Source of the DNA: Bigelowiella natans CCMP2755
Lineage: Eukaryota > Protista > Cercozoa
DNA length: 64,000 nt
Assembly: GCA_000320545.1 (NCBI GenBank)
Contig: ADNK01003500.1
Coordinates: forward strand, 43,097 to 107,096
Direction: 5' to 3'
Positions within the stretch are counted from its first letter, which is position 1; every line of letters starts with the position of its first letter. The position numbers and the translations under genes are program-made. The notes beneath the pieces are model-generated. The model saw only the letters and a program-made list of their open reading frames with translations. It was not told where the DNA came from and ran no database searches. Positions 27,792-39,702 of this stretch are shown in pieces.

Positions 27792-30417
27792 CTCTACACA
27801 GATGAGGCGGACTATCTTCTGAGCAACTCGTCCTCGAAAGAGATTCGAGAGATTGCTATGCAAGTGTGTTCTACTGCTGCTGCTGCTGCTGCTGCTAGTG
27901 CTAGTGTTTGGTGGCCATTGTGGTCAACAATAATCTGATTCTTGCTAATATTCATCTATCTATCTACCCATATGCTGATGCGATTTTGATGTACATTTAT
28001 TCTGTTTTCCCTCGCTGCTTTCCTTTCCTCATCTTTTTCTTCTAACATGATACTACTACTACTACTACTACCGTTTCTTCTCTATTCTCCGGGTGGGTGT
28101 ATTATTATACGATTCATGCATATACAATTCATCATGCATAATAATAAAGGTTCTGGAGTCCCCCGAGCCGTTGGTGAGGTATTTGACGGAAAAGCCATTG
28201 TCCGCTCCTAGAGATGAGCTCGAGCATGTTTTAGCCTACGTCGATGCGTTTGCCAAACAGCATCAAGATACTATTCAACAAAAGAAGAACAAGAGGAATG
28301 GAGGAGGAGGAGGAGGAGGAGCTGATGTACGTTTTTTCTCATTTTCATTCGAAGAACTTCGGCAGCATCCCAAAGCACTGGGGGCAATGTCACAGGCAAC
28401 GCAGATCTTAAATGCTCTGCTGCACGATGGTGGAGAGGACGAATGCGGCAATAAGAACAGTGTTACGCGTGTGGAAGTAGGAGCGGCAGCAGGGCACTTT
28501 GCACTAGAAGCGCTCGGTAGGTGAATGATGATGATGGTGATGATGATGATGATGATGATATCTTTAGTACAAAATATTTGTACAACTGCCGTCTCAGAAT
28601 ATATGCCCACGCACACGCACTTACACGTGCCATGGACTAATTTGTGTACTGGCTAGTGATGACAAGAATTGTTGTTGGGGTGCTGATGGGTATTGTGTGT
28701 ATTGTGTGATGACATGATGAGCAGGGGCTACTACCATTCCTATCGATACCGAGCAAGTAGACACCAAGGAGGCGGCTCTAAAAACCAAAGACGATCATGG
28801 TAATGATGGCAATGATGATAACAAGGACGGCGGTGATGGAGAACAAGTCCTTAAGATAACAAAGGAAGGAGCAGCAACGACAATCGCTGATAATATAGCA
28901 ATATCCAAGGAAGTTAACGAAGAAACAGGGCAGAAGAAGAAGAAGAAGAAGAAGAGAAGGAAGAGAATGTCCATAGATGAGAACGATGCGGCGAAGGAAG
29001 AAGATGGTAGTAGACAACAGTCGAAGCAGCAGCAGCAGCAATCTAATGATGAACAGGGAAAGAAGCAATGTGATAATAATAGTAGTAGCAGTAGGGACAA
29101 CAGCAACCATCGTCAGCAGAGCCTAAGGAAGAGGAGAAATAGAAGAGAAGAAGGAAAAGATGTTAGTGATGATAATGATGATGATGATGATGATGATGAC
29201 GCAAGAATGAAGATGGCTGAGAAGAAGAAGAAGAAGAAGAATAAACGCCGTTATGAGGAGATCATCACCGAAGATGGCAGCAACGATAGAATAGACAGTA
29301 GCAGCAGCAGCAGTGATGGATATGGATTAAGTGATAGAGCTGAACCAAACAACAAAGAACAACAACCGCTTGAGCAGCAACGAAGAATACAGATGGCATT
29401 TAGAAGGTGACTCATTCATTTCTTTGAGTAATAATTCGATATTCAACAGTTAGCTACGAGAAAGAATGGACACCATCGTCATCATCATCATCATCATCAT
29501 CATTATATGTGTTGTAGATTCAAAATAGAGCTTAGCATGGTTGCTGACGCGCATTACTGCACACATATGCTGTGAAAATGACTTCTTTTCCGTCCAAACA
29601 GGATTATATAAATAACGAGGACGAGGATGATAATGATGATGATGATGATGATGATGATGATGCAGACGGGTATTCTCCAATACTCTGACTACAAATGTCT
29701 TATCAGATCCTGCGAGAAGTTGTTGGACAACGATGATGACAACGGCCAAGGTTTTTGTATGGCTTTATTTCTCTCCCACCAATCTCCTTCCTCTCCCTGT
29801 CTTCTCCCGTCACTACTCTCTTCTCTAGTTCATTCATAAGTTGCTTGCTTTCCTCGTTGTTAAGTATTTGCACGCTGCTCTGTTGATTCGTTGTTATGCG
29901 ACAGTCATGAGCAATGGCGGCACTAATTCTGGAAGCAGCAGCTCAGAGAGAAAGACGACGATGAGAATCTCTGCTGATATATGGGTATAGTAAATTTAGA
30001 TATATAGTGTATAGTTGGCGTGCTTGTAACGATGATAATGCTGCATGCATATACCAAATAATTCATTGATAAGTAGTAGTATCGTATGAGGATATCATTG
30101 GTTGACAAATTTATATCATCATCACCATCACCGTTATCATCGTCGTCCTCACTCATAGCTATATTAATAATATATACTATGTATATTCACCTAGCCTCTG
30201 GCCCTCCAGCACATGCACTCTCTCGCAATTCGCCGAAAATCATCACGCTGCTTAGGTGAGAGCACATTCTCAACGAAGAACATAACGACTACATCCATTC
30301 TATGTGGTGGTGGTGGTGGTGATGATGATGGCTATTTTTTAACGTATTTGATGCTGAGGATGTGGCCAATCATGACAAGGCATCTACCCTCGTCGCCCCT
30401 TGTCCTATTCTTGTCCT

Positions 30418-30469
<52 letters not shown>

Positions 30470-31462
30470 TCTTTCTGTGGTCCTTTGATCATGATGCTGC
30501 TTTGTTGTCATTATTGTGTCTTGTTATTTCTTCTTATTATTATTATTGTTATTATTATTATCATATATAAAATAGCGCCGATGCTGCCTTACCTGTCTCG
30601 AGCTCTCGATAACCATCTCGTCAATACCGTAGCAAGCTTTCGCCAGAAGAAGTTGACTTTTCAAATTTGATGATACGACACCAGTCTCTATTACCTAATA
30701 AGAATAATAGCACCTACTAGGTGAAATTCGTTTCTTCCAATCATCCTCAACGCTTCCCCCCCCCCCCCCCTCTTACTCTCTTGGCGTCTCCATAATGCGA
30801 CTAGTGTAGTAATAAAAATGTTTGATCTTGCAGCCTTTCTGAGGTTTTTGGTGATTCCATACGAATCGTTCGCCCATTGCTACCAGCTCTCCTCCTCCAC
30901 ACAAATGAAGGAGAACAACCAGGGAGAGGGAACAAGAGGAGGAGGAGGAGGAGGAGGAGGAGGAGGAAAGCGCATGATGCTACTACTACCAATAAGAATG
31001 ATAATATACGCTACTTGGAGGAGTTTCTAGAGAAGATACTGACCTTACTCTTACAGACAAATGCTAAAGCGGTAGTAGATAGTAGTAATAGTATTAGTAT
31101 TAGTTGTGGTAGTTGTTTCATAGTAGCACCAGTAATAGCGCATAAGCTTCGAATGATGGTGATGATGATGATGTAGCAGTCTCCTCTGTATTTCCTATCA
31201 ACTTGGTCATTTACGATGTCTTTTGTGTTGTGGTGTTCTGGTTTTTCTGCTGCTGCTGCTGTTGTATTTTGATCGATAGATTATTAGCGGCACATGTCCA
31301 GTTGGAGAGCTGACGTGCAAGTTGATACACGCAGCGTTCTGCGTTGATGATAAAGCAGCTGCAATCGCTGTGACACAGATGTTGAAGAAATATAGACCCG
31401 TAATAATATTTATAACATACCACGAATAAGAGCACTGAATATGTTTTCAAAAAATAATAATA

Positions 31463-31502
<40 letters not shown>

Positions 31503-32816
31503 TAAATATTGAATCTACCAGACTATTGTACTCTAAATAGTACATGCAATGATTGATAACGTTTATCCGCCTTTCCTCCTCTCTTAGCTCATAAGCAGCA
31601 TCGAAAGGAAGTATCGACGGCTCGCGGATACGCTGGAAAGTAATAGAGATAATAAGGCAAATAGCAGCAAGAAGAAGAAGAAGAAAAAAAAGAAGAAGAA
31701 AAGGAGCAGTGAAAGCAGCGTCGGCAAAGAAGATTCTGAGAGGGAGGACCGAGCGGGGATGGCTGTGCCCCCCCCCTCTGCTTACCGAAAATTGTCAAGT
31801 TTATTCCACAACTTACTCAAATTGATCAACGGTAATAATTCATCTTCCACGTATCCTTTCCATTCTTCTTCTCCTTCTCCTTTCTGTCATGATGTGATCG
31901 ATCTTCCTCTTGTAACGCACTCTTTTCTTGCTTTGATGCCGCTCCGTCTCTTTACTAAGAAGAAGAAGAAGGAAGTGGAAGAAGAGAGGAAAAGGCAGAA
32001 TCATCGTTATCATCTATAGCATCTCTCTCCCCCTTGGGCGCATGGTCAAAGGCATGGCTGCTAGGACAAATCCAAGTCTCCAATGCAGAGCTTGCATCCA
32101 GTGTTTCCATCGTAGCGGACTCATGTGATATACGCAACACATACAATGCACAGAGAACAAACCAAAGGCTGGAAACAAAAATACGAAGACGGAAAGAGAC
32201 ATTAAATCCGTTTGTTAGTGTCTGATGCAACTTTCTCTTCAATTTTGTTTCAAAAACGACGGAGAGTTTGATGAGAAGGGGGGAGAATGCCGACGATCGA
32301 TCTTTGTAGTTGCGAAATCATTCAGCATCTCTACCGAAACTCACCGCTTTACTACGTGTATTGCTGATTACTCTGCTAATTATTTGTTCTCTCGTCGTCC
32401 CTCTTGTCGTTTCACCACTCCTCCTTCTCCTCCTCTTCTTCTTCTTCATCTTCTTCTTCTTCTTCCAGGTGTGAAGCTTTCTAGTACTTCTCAGAGCTTA
32501 GATTTGGATAAGCTGCAACGAAGCTTAAGACGTTTGTACCATGAGGGCCAGAAAGTACTAGATGTTGGAAGAGGCGATTATGATGATGATCAGGAGGAGG
32601 AGGAGGAGGAGGAAGAGGAGGAGGGAGACCAATACGAGAAGGATGGTTGTGGTAACTATGATAAGGAAATGAAGGGGGGAACTCCTGGATCGCCAGCAAG
32701 CCGAGCATCTTCCTCTTCGCTGTCATTGTGGATTATTCCTTCTAAGCTGAAGGAAGTGCTGCTCTCTCTTTGCCCTTTGTTGCATCTTGGACTCCTCGAA
32801 ATCGGTACTACTACTG

Positions 32817-32847
<31 letters not shown>

Positions 32848-33486
32848 AGGATCTGCAGTATGATAACAATGAACACCACCATCACCACCACACAACACCT
32901 ACCTCTGACCTAAAGTCGGCTAACTGATCCCCTGCTCTCCCTTATTTATTTTACCCCCAGGTGAGGACGTTCTTCGCCTATTCCGCCTCATGTGCATGAT
33001 CACGGGTTAACAAACAATATGACTGCTGCTTGAGTAGCGTAACGTGCATAACACGTTGAAACTTGCCTTCCATTTCTCCGCTCATATCGTTCCCATCTTC
33101 TTCCCTTTTGCAGGAAAAGCGAAGAAACCTAACGAGCTCCTATGTACCACGGCAATCTCGCTGTGTAAAGCATTAGGTAATAATACTAGGTTTATTTCTT
33201 AATGTTATTCAACAGATGCCGCGAGCTAGTTAATTGGTAGGATGTAACATATAGTATGAAATAACTCCAGGCAAATTGTTCTCCACGCAGCAAGATACAA
33301 CTGATCATTTATTTATCTTTAATAGGAAAGGCTATCCGTTCCGGCAACGTTAATGCAAAGGCACTGCGGATGAAATTATTCAAAATCATGCAATTCTCTG
33401 GAAGATCCATGGAAAGATTGATTGCTGCGATTTTTAACCTTCCAAATTTGGATCCAAAGGAGGTCAATGCCATGCTCATGCTGTAA
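15318..33486 (+). CDS. INTS1: Integrator complex subunit 1-like, very large multi-exon gene
   Basis: Exon peptides match INTS1 motifs in colinear order (compared from memory with human INTS1). WPEDLALAYVEDVL...WSSHPEIEAFNAKIRTVF (cf. WPEIFVKVYIEDSLGERIWVDSPHCKTFVDNIQTAF); LSDWISAIGTRNAAQKLL; RESVANAQRHAV|.WL; ELPVREDTITAIL (cf. EVPILEDTLMRIL); DLFWTASMIIVTVGAC; LAWNSYPALKRLI (cf. AWEEYPTLKMLM). The start codon and whether the 3' half belongs to the same gene are less certain. Confidence 0.72.
22214..22261. repeat. 24-bp intronic tandem duplication
   Basis: GGGTTATTTTGTAACTACATGATA x2. Confidence 0.85.
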
Positions 33487-34491
33487 TCGACTGATGATGC
33501 TAAAATTGGATTCATCATTGCTAAAGCTAGAAAGTTTATGTCCAATTGCCTAAAGTTGAAAGTGACAAGTGACATAACTCCGTGCCCTGCTAGCCTGGCG
33601 CATGCTGCATGTGCACACGTCTAGATAGACATAAAATGGCAACCATGCAGTGCATGCAACCACTACATGTCTTGCACAGCATCGGCATTTTCTAGATTTT
33701 GTCGGTCGCGCTTTTGGATGGAGCTCCTGCTCCTTGCTCGGGCGTGGTCGCAAACTAGAAAGTGCGACGTCGTTCTTGCATAGCAAGATCCCGAGATGGC
33801 CTTAAAGAAGGCGGCGACGGACTAGCGGAGCTGGGGGGGGTCGATGAAGACGATGCGCTTTGTGTTGAGGTATTGAGAGGGTACAGGTACTCCGACTTGA
33901 CCTGCGCCAGGCGCTGCGCCTTGGAAGTGCCGCTGCTTTTTTTGACCTATGATGCGCATTTCGATATATTATGACTGCTGCGAAACCTTCGAGTACAACA
34001 ACGCTAGAACGATCACAAACATTATTCGATCGTACAAACGTGCCAGAACAAAATGAATATTAGACACTTCTAGACTAGCCAATGCATGCGCACCTTAGCC
34101 GGAGCGAATGAGCAATTGTGCTTCGGTTTAGGCTAGCATTAGAACATTTGGTGCGGCTACCTAGCTACACACTTGCTAGCTTGCATTCATGTGAGCACTT
34201 GCGCGAATCCATCATGACTTGCTCATGCTTGCGACATGCAAAAGAAAAAGTGTCTTGGTGTGCGTGCATCATGAATGGCAAAACTACTGAAGGTAAGTAG
34301 TTTATTACTATAATTGTAAATGCATTTAATTAGATTTAAAATGGAGCGCTTGTTGTCGTTACTACAATAATAAATACATGTAATTAATTAAATTTAACAT
34401 GGCATGAATTGAAATTTTACATAATTTTAAGTGAAATTAATTGGAGATGATGCAAAACCCTCGCCTGTAACAAAAAGAAGGTTTTAAAATC

Positions 34492-35211
34492 TCAAAATTT
34501 ACGTAATTTAGGGAGTTTACCTGTCTCATCTTCGATCTCAAGATTCACATCTAAATCGTCGAGAATTCCCATGTCTTCAAGATCGTCGCCAACATCGGCT
34601 CTCCTAGACTTTTGAGGTTTTTGTTCGTTTGTTTCTGGATTCTCTTTCCGCTTCTTTGGAGTTTGCTTCGCGGATTGCACTGTTGAGTTTCTGTGTAAGA
34701 GAACAATCTGTGTGGGGTCATTATTACATTTCCAAATTGGGAGCATTACCTATCGATGTTTTCATCACTTTCATTCTCGCTGTTTTTTTGCCTGGAGTTG
34801 GTGCGAGCCTCTTCAATTTGATATTCTTCCTTGCAATCTGCTCCGACCTCTTGACTCAAATTTTCACCATTTCCATCGTTCTCCTGAAGAACACATCATC
34901 ATTTTTTCTCTCTTTGTCTCTCTTCCTCGAGATGAAACTGCAGAACCTCAATCTCCCGGATAAAAGACTCCTCGATTTGAGAACATGTGGAGTTGGCTAT
35001 TCCAAGCTGTAGGTTATGAAATCATTTGTTGAGAATTCGTATCATAAATTCTTTTCATGTTATGAAGCGGGAAGAGGGGATTCCTAACCTTAACAGCTTC
35101 TTTTGTATTTGCAACTTTAACATCGTATTTTCCGTTTCCAGCTTGAACGCAAGACTCAAGGTCGCACCATTGATTAACTCCATTTTTCCGCACAAGAACT
35201 TGATACTTCAC
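34492..35211 (-). CDS. Hypothetical acidic protein, about 4 exons
   Basis: Exons join through GT-AG introns into MKYQVLVRKNGVNQWCDLES...EAVK|LGIANSTCSQIEESFIREIE|ENDGNGEN...|...DDLEDMGILDDLDVNLEIEDETGKLPKLRKF. No family recognised. Confidence 0.55.
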
Positions 35212-35241
35212 TTGGTTGCTGGGATTGCAGCATCCTTGCGA

Positions 35242-35309
<68 letters not shown>

Positions 35310-35442
35310 GTGTTATATTGAACGTGTGAGAGAATCTATCTCATGGTGTTAATTGTTGATCTTGAATCATCATCTTTGCAAAGAGCGAACCCACCAGAGG
35401 ATAGAGGTGTCATGATTTCCACGTCTCGTGAAGCTCCTTGTC

Positions 35443-37821
35443 TTAAGTGGGCATAATAGCTGTAGAATCGCTCATTTCGTGGAATCTTACCAAGATCCAG
35501 CTGTTGCAATATTTGTTTTTCCCGCTTTCTGGTATCATATTGTAGAAGGCAATCTTAACAATGAATGGGGAGTAAAGTCTAATCGGTTAATTATATTCTA
35601 CAAATATCGTTACTACTTGAACAGAGAGTCTGGGTTTTCTTCGAAGATCATATGCAACGCCGAAGGCCTATCGGTGACCCCAGAACTTTCCATCGATGAC
35701 TCTACCAGTATGATGGCAGCTATAGCATCTTGTGGAAATACGGTATCTCTAAACATCAGTTTCGCGTGTGCTGAAAATGGAGATTACACATTCATTTAGC
35801 AACACGGTGAGGGATATATGCATGAAAGAATGAAGAAAGAGGATGGCCACTCAACCTTGAGCCAGCCTAATCAAGCTCTCTAGCAATCTGATTGTAGTCC
35901 GAGCTAACATCGAAGAAGAACAACACAAATAAGCTTCTTCCCCAAGTGATTGGTGCTGTTATTGCTGCTGCTGAAAAGTTGAAAGGTAGTACCTGCATTG
36001 CGATAATCCGTTTGTCGTTGCTCTTGGTAATATCGGAGCAAGATTTGCTCGCTAAATCGAGAGAGCTGGGGCGTAAATGATGTCTTCACATAGTGTATGT
36101 AAGCTTGCATCTTTTCCAAAGGCCAAGGTTTCTTCTTCTTCTTGCTTATCCCCTGGGTAACTTGCGTCCATGGAGCAGGTTGAGTCAGATCCACGCCGAC
36201 GGCGTTCGGTCGAGGCTGTGATTCCATGATGTGCTGCGAGACTTTCCGATCCCATTCCTCATTCTGCGAGTCGAGCATCAGAAGTATAAGATCAAAGCGG
36301 CTGAGGAGGGGCGATGCTATTGCACAGTTCACAGAGAGATCTGCCTGGACATCGTAAGCGCCTTTTGGATTCATCACTGCAAAAATCGTGGTTCTTGTGT
36401 TCAATTTGCACACCAAACCGGCTTTAGCAACACTTAAGGTCTGCTGTTCCATAGCTTCGTGGATGGTGACTCGATCGTGCTCACGCACACAGCCAAATTC
36501 ATCTATGCAACATATTCCTCCATCTGCAAGAACGAGAGCACCGGCCTCCAGAGCCCAGTCTCCCCCTTTATCCTTTACTGCAGCAACTGTTAGGCCAGCA
36601 CTGGAAGTTCCTATTCCAGTCGTTAACACAGAACGATTTGTAAGCTTCGCTGCATAACGGAGAAGCTGTGATTTGCCTGTGCCGGGATCCCCAACAATCA
36701 GAAGGTGATTTTCTCCTCGGATTTTTGATCCGCAGCTATCAATTCTTCTCACACCGCCAATAATTGTCAAGGCCACGGACAGCTTGTACATGAACAATCC
36801 GTAGAGTTGCGGGCATATGCCAGACACAATAAAATTCCTTGCTTCGAGGGGTCTGTCTTGATGATCAATCCAAAATTCTTCAAATTCCTTCTTCAAATCT
36901 TCGTCTATCCTTAAGGTTGATTTTGTGTCGTTGTTTACCCTGATATGATTTGCCTCAATGAATAACTCGACTTCACATCTTTTGTCTCGAACAAAAGGGT
37001 TCCACATCTGTCTTACAACCCCAGCTATTGTAATGTCGTCTCCAGCTTGACATTTGTCTACCAGATCATCATGACAAACAACCATCATTGACCGCGGAAT
37101 GGAGCCTACAGTCAACTTTTGCACTATTTCCTGAATCTTGATCTCTTGATAATCTCTACATACATGTGATCCTTCTACGTAGTTGAACGACTGCGATTTA
37201 CATGGTTTCTTTTTTCCATCTTGAGGTGAGGGACAAGTCTTCGGCAACTCGATAACACTATTTTGTTCCAAATCCGAGAAGACGCGAAAACGGTGCTTGC
37301 ATCTCGTGCATTGATACTCTCTTTCTGCCTCAAGCATTTTAACACTTCCTGTCCTTATTACCGTCCCTGATATCACTATCATCTTCCTCGCATCTTTACA
37401 ACGTATCGCACTTACAGTTGGACGATTACATTCTTGCAGCGGTGGCAAATTGCATAGCCTTGCATGACAAAGAATTTTTGGAGCATGATTCTGAAGGTTA
37501 TCATTTTCCTTTTGTATAATCTTTTGCGCTTCGAATACTGCTTCATTGAATACCGGAAGCAATTTATCAGGGCAATAAAGAACTGCTTCTATAATCTTTG
37601 GCATTCGCTGCACGAGGCATGGAACCCTATTACAATTACAGTTTCTAGTATCAAAGATCGAACTTATTTGAACAAACAGAATCGTCTTACTCTATTTCGA
37701 GGCCATAGTGTAAGCTCTCATCTTCCGCTTCGAGAATGATCCGCAACTCGCTTGGATACTGCTTCAGGAGGAAATTTACCAATGAGGTTATTAAATCATC
37801 TTCGTCAAATTCCTCCCCCAT
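35443..37821 (-). CDS. MCM9: DNA helicase MCM9
   Basis: Exon 1 reads MGEEFDED...LRIILEAEDESLHYGLEI. Also present: Zn finger CTRC...CP...C; CRDYQEIKIQE; GSIPRS; Walker A VGDPGTGKSQ; MCM9-typical LVLADGGICCIDEF and IHEAMEQQTLSVAKAGLVCKLNTR; arginine finger SPLLSRFD; ARTTIRLLESLIRLAQ|AHAKLMFR. The exact stop is uncertain (35443 or about 35337). Confidence 0.93.
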
Positions 37822-38185
37822 TGCGAGCCAGCCAATGCTACTCGTAGTTCGAGGCGCGGGAAGCCATTTCCGAGTAATAGGCGATTAATTAAGTGTCCAC
37901 AAAATTTTAATATTTCGCTTCGCCATTCAGATTCTTTTGCACATGATCCCGGTCAAGATGACTGAAATGCTTTGCATTTTGTTTTGTCGCAGCCCAACTT
38001 CGTGATTAAAGTGGGTGAGGTACTTTCGAGATCAGGGTATATTACATGGAATATATGACTAACGACAAGGTAAATGACATGACTTTTTCGACAAAATACA
38101 TCCTCCATGTGCAAAGAATGCGAAATTGTGATCTGAACTTCGAACCTGAATGCATAACTCAGGACGATAAGCAGTCCAACCCCCC

Positions 38186-38717
38186 ATGATGGCACGTCCA
38201 GCTATGATGGCGATTCGCATGCGTATGGCTGCATCAAACTTCAGGATCAATACCATCCTTCCCAAATATTCTGTTTCTAGTCTGCCCAACACGATTAGAT
38301 CACGTCGTTTTTCCGGCCTAGCGGTGGCTTCAGGAGCCCCAGACAAGGCTTTGTCAAATAAGGTTACAATTTACATCCCTGCACGTACCGCATCGCAGCA
38401 AGGAATTGAAAATACAAAGCAGTGGTTAGTTGAATTCGATAAAGAGGATAGGAGGTGGGCCAATCCCCTTATGGGATGGACTAGTGGTAAACAGACCACA
38501 AGGCAGTTGCATCTTCAGTTCGAAACCAAAGAGGACGCTGTTGCATATTGCGAGAAGCAAGGTGTGGATTTGTAAATTTTGTTTTGTTTTATTTTGAAAT
38601 CTGAAAAATCTATCTAATAAATTTTGACCAGGATTCGAGTTTGAAATCAAAGAGCCCAAAAAGAAAAAGAAATTTGTCAAAGCTTACGCCGACAATTTCA
38701 AGTATAAGCCTAAGTGA
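38186..38717 (+). CDS. NDUFS4: NADH:ubiquinone oxidoreductase subunit NDUFS4 (ETC_C1_NDUFA4 domain), 1 intron
   Basis: Arg/Ser-rich mitochondrial presequence; IYIPARTASQQG, RWANPLMGWTS, LQFETKEDAVAYCEKQG; exon 2 FEFEIKEPKKKKKFVKAYADNFKYKPK*. Confidence 0.95.
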
Positions 38718-39702
38718 AAGTTGAGCAAAAGAAACTGGAATGATTCGCTCAAATAAGAAGCTACAACTCATACTTGTGCTTTTAAAATTTCTCATAATTT
38801 TCCTTCAACAATACGCGTAGCGTAGAGATCTAAGCATGAAAGAGAATATTACTACTAATAAAGCAGCAGCATCGTACTACAAAAAAATCAAATGTGAATT
38901 CATGCATATCTGATTGTACAAAATTGAGTGAGGAGTACAACTAGGTGGGGTAATCACTTGAAAATCTGATCGATGCATTTTTCTTCGAGTGGAATTCGAT
39001 GTGAGATCAACATGCATGGCAAGGCTAGGCGGTAGTTACTACAGCTATGTCGTCTAGTCTAGAAATGTATGACATGTCAAGTGCGGGCGGATGCTCGCGA
39101 CAAGACATGCAGCACCGTGGCATCGCATCATTGCACAGCAAATTAGCACATTCTAGCATTGTCTGACGTACAGATCACGATCTATCTAGCTAGCTAGCTA
39201 TTAATACATTGCCAACTAGCCATGCTAGCATGTCCCATACGCTAGTACGCCACTGTGCTGTGAACTCTAGTGAGTAGTGAGTAGTAGCTTGGTAGGCCAG
39301 AAGTAGCGAGCAACATAGTGACACTGCATGCGTGCAGCACACCATGCAACACATGCTAGCACGCTCTGCTGATCTTACAATTGCGCGGCGTTCCTCGCGC
39401 GGCCATGTGATGGCATTTCTGTCCATAGCTGTAATCACTAGCTCCATTAGATGATGATAGCTAGATAGCAAGCTCGCAATATCTACTGTATTCAAATGCA
39501 TGGTAAAACTTAATCAAAGTTGTTGGCATTGTGTACGCTCGCATTTACAGCATCATGCTAGTAAAGTCAGAACTAGAGAATGGAATTGCGTTGTATCGAT
39601 GTGCAATTGCAGCTCTCTCGCTCATTCATGCATTTTTATTGCCATCGGAATGAACTAGTAGTTACTACGATGATAAAAACGTGCTTGTCACAAGTAGTGT
39701 GC

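Larger units (their letters stand above)
5850..32900. repeat. Dense microsatellites (CT/GA, CA/GT, TA, CAT/GAT, TAG/CTA, GAA, GGA, CAA) in introns of HOOK and INTS1; also in the amine oxidase, WW/EF-hand, DBR1, PEX6 and GBA genes
   Basis: Directly visible, e.g. (CT)n at 7261, (TA)n at 10270, (GA)n at 19219, (GAT)n at 19909, (GAA)n at 25948. The 13.3-15.8 kb intergenic/5' stretch inside this span is essentially free of them. Confidence 0.95.

Noticed and set aside
34884-34946. Tandem in-frame TGA TGA in the hypothetical gene, suggesting selenocysteine or readthrough
   Set aside because: Both stops fall in a 63-nt GT...AG interval (GTTCTG...TTCAG) whose removal restores the frame, so this is an ordinary intron.
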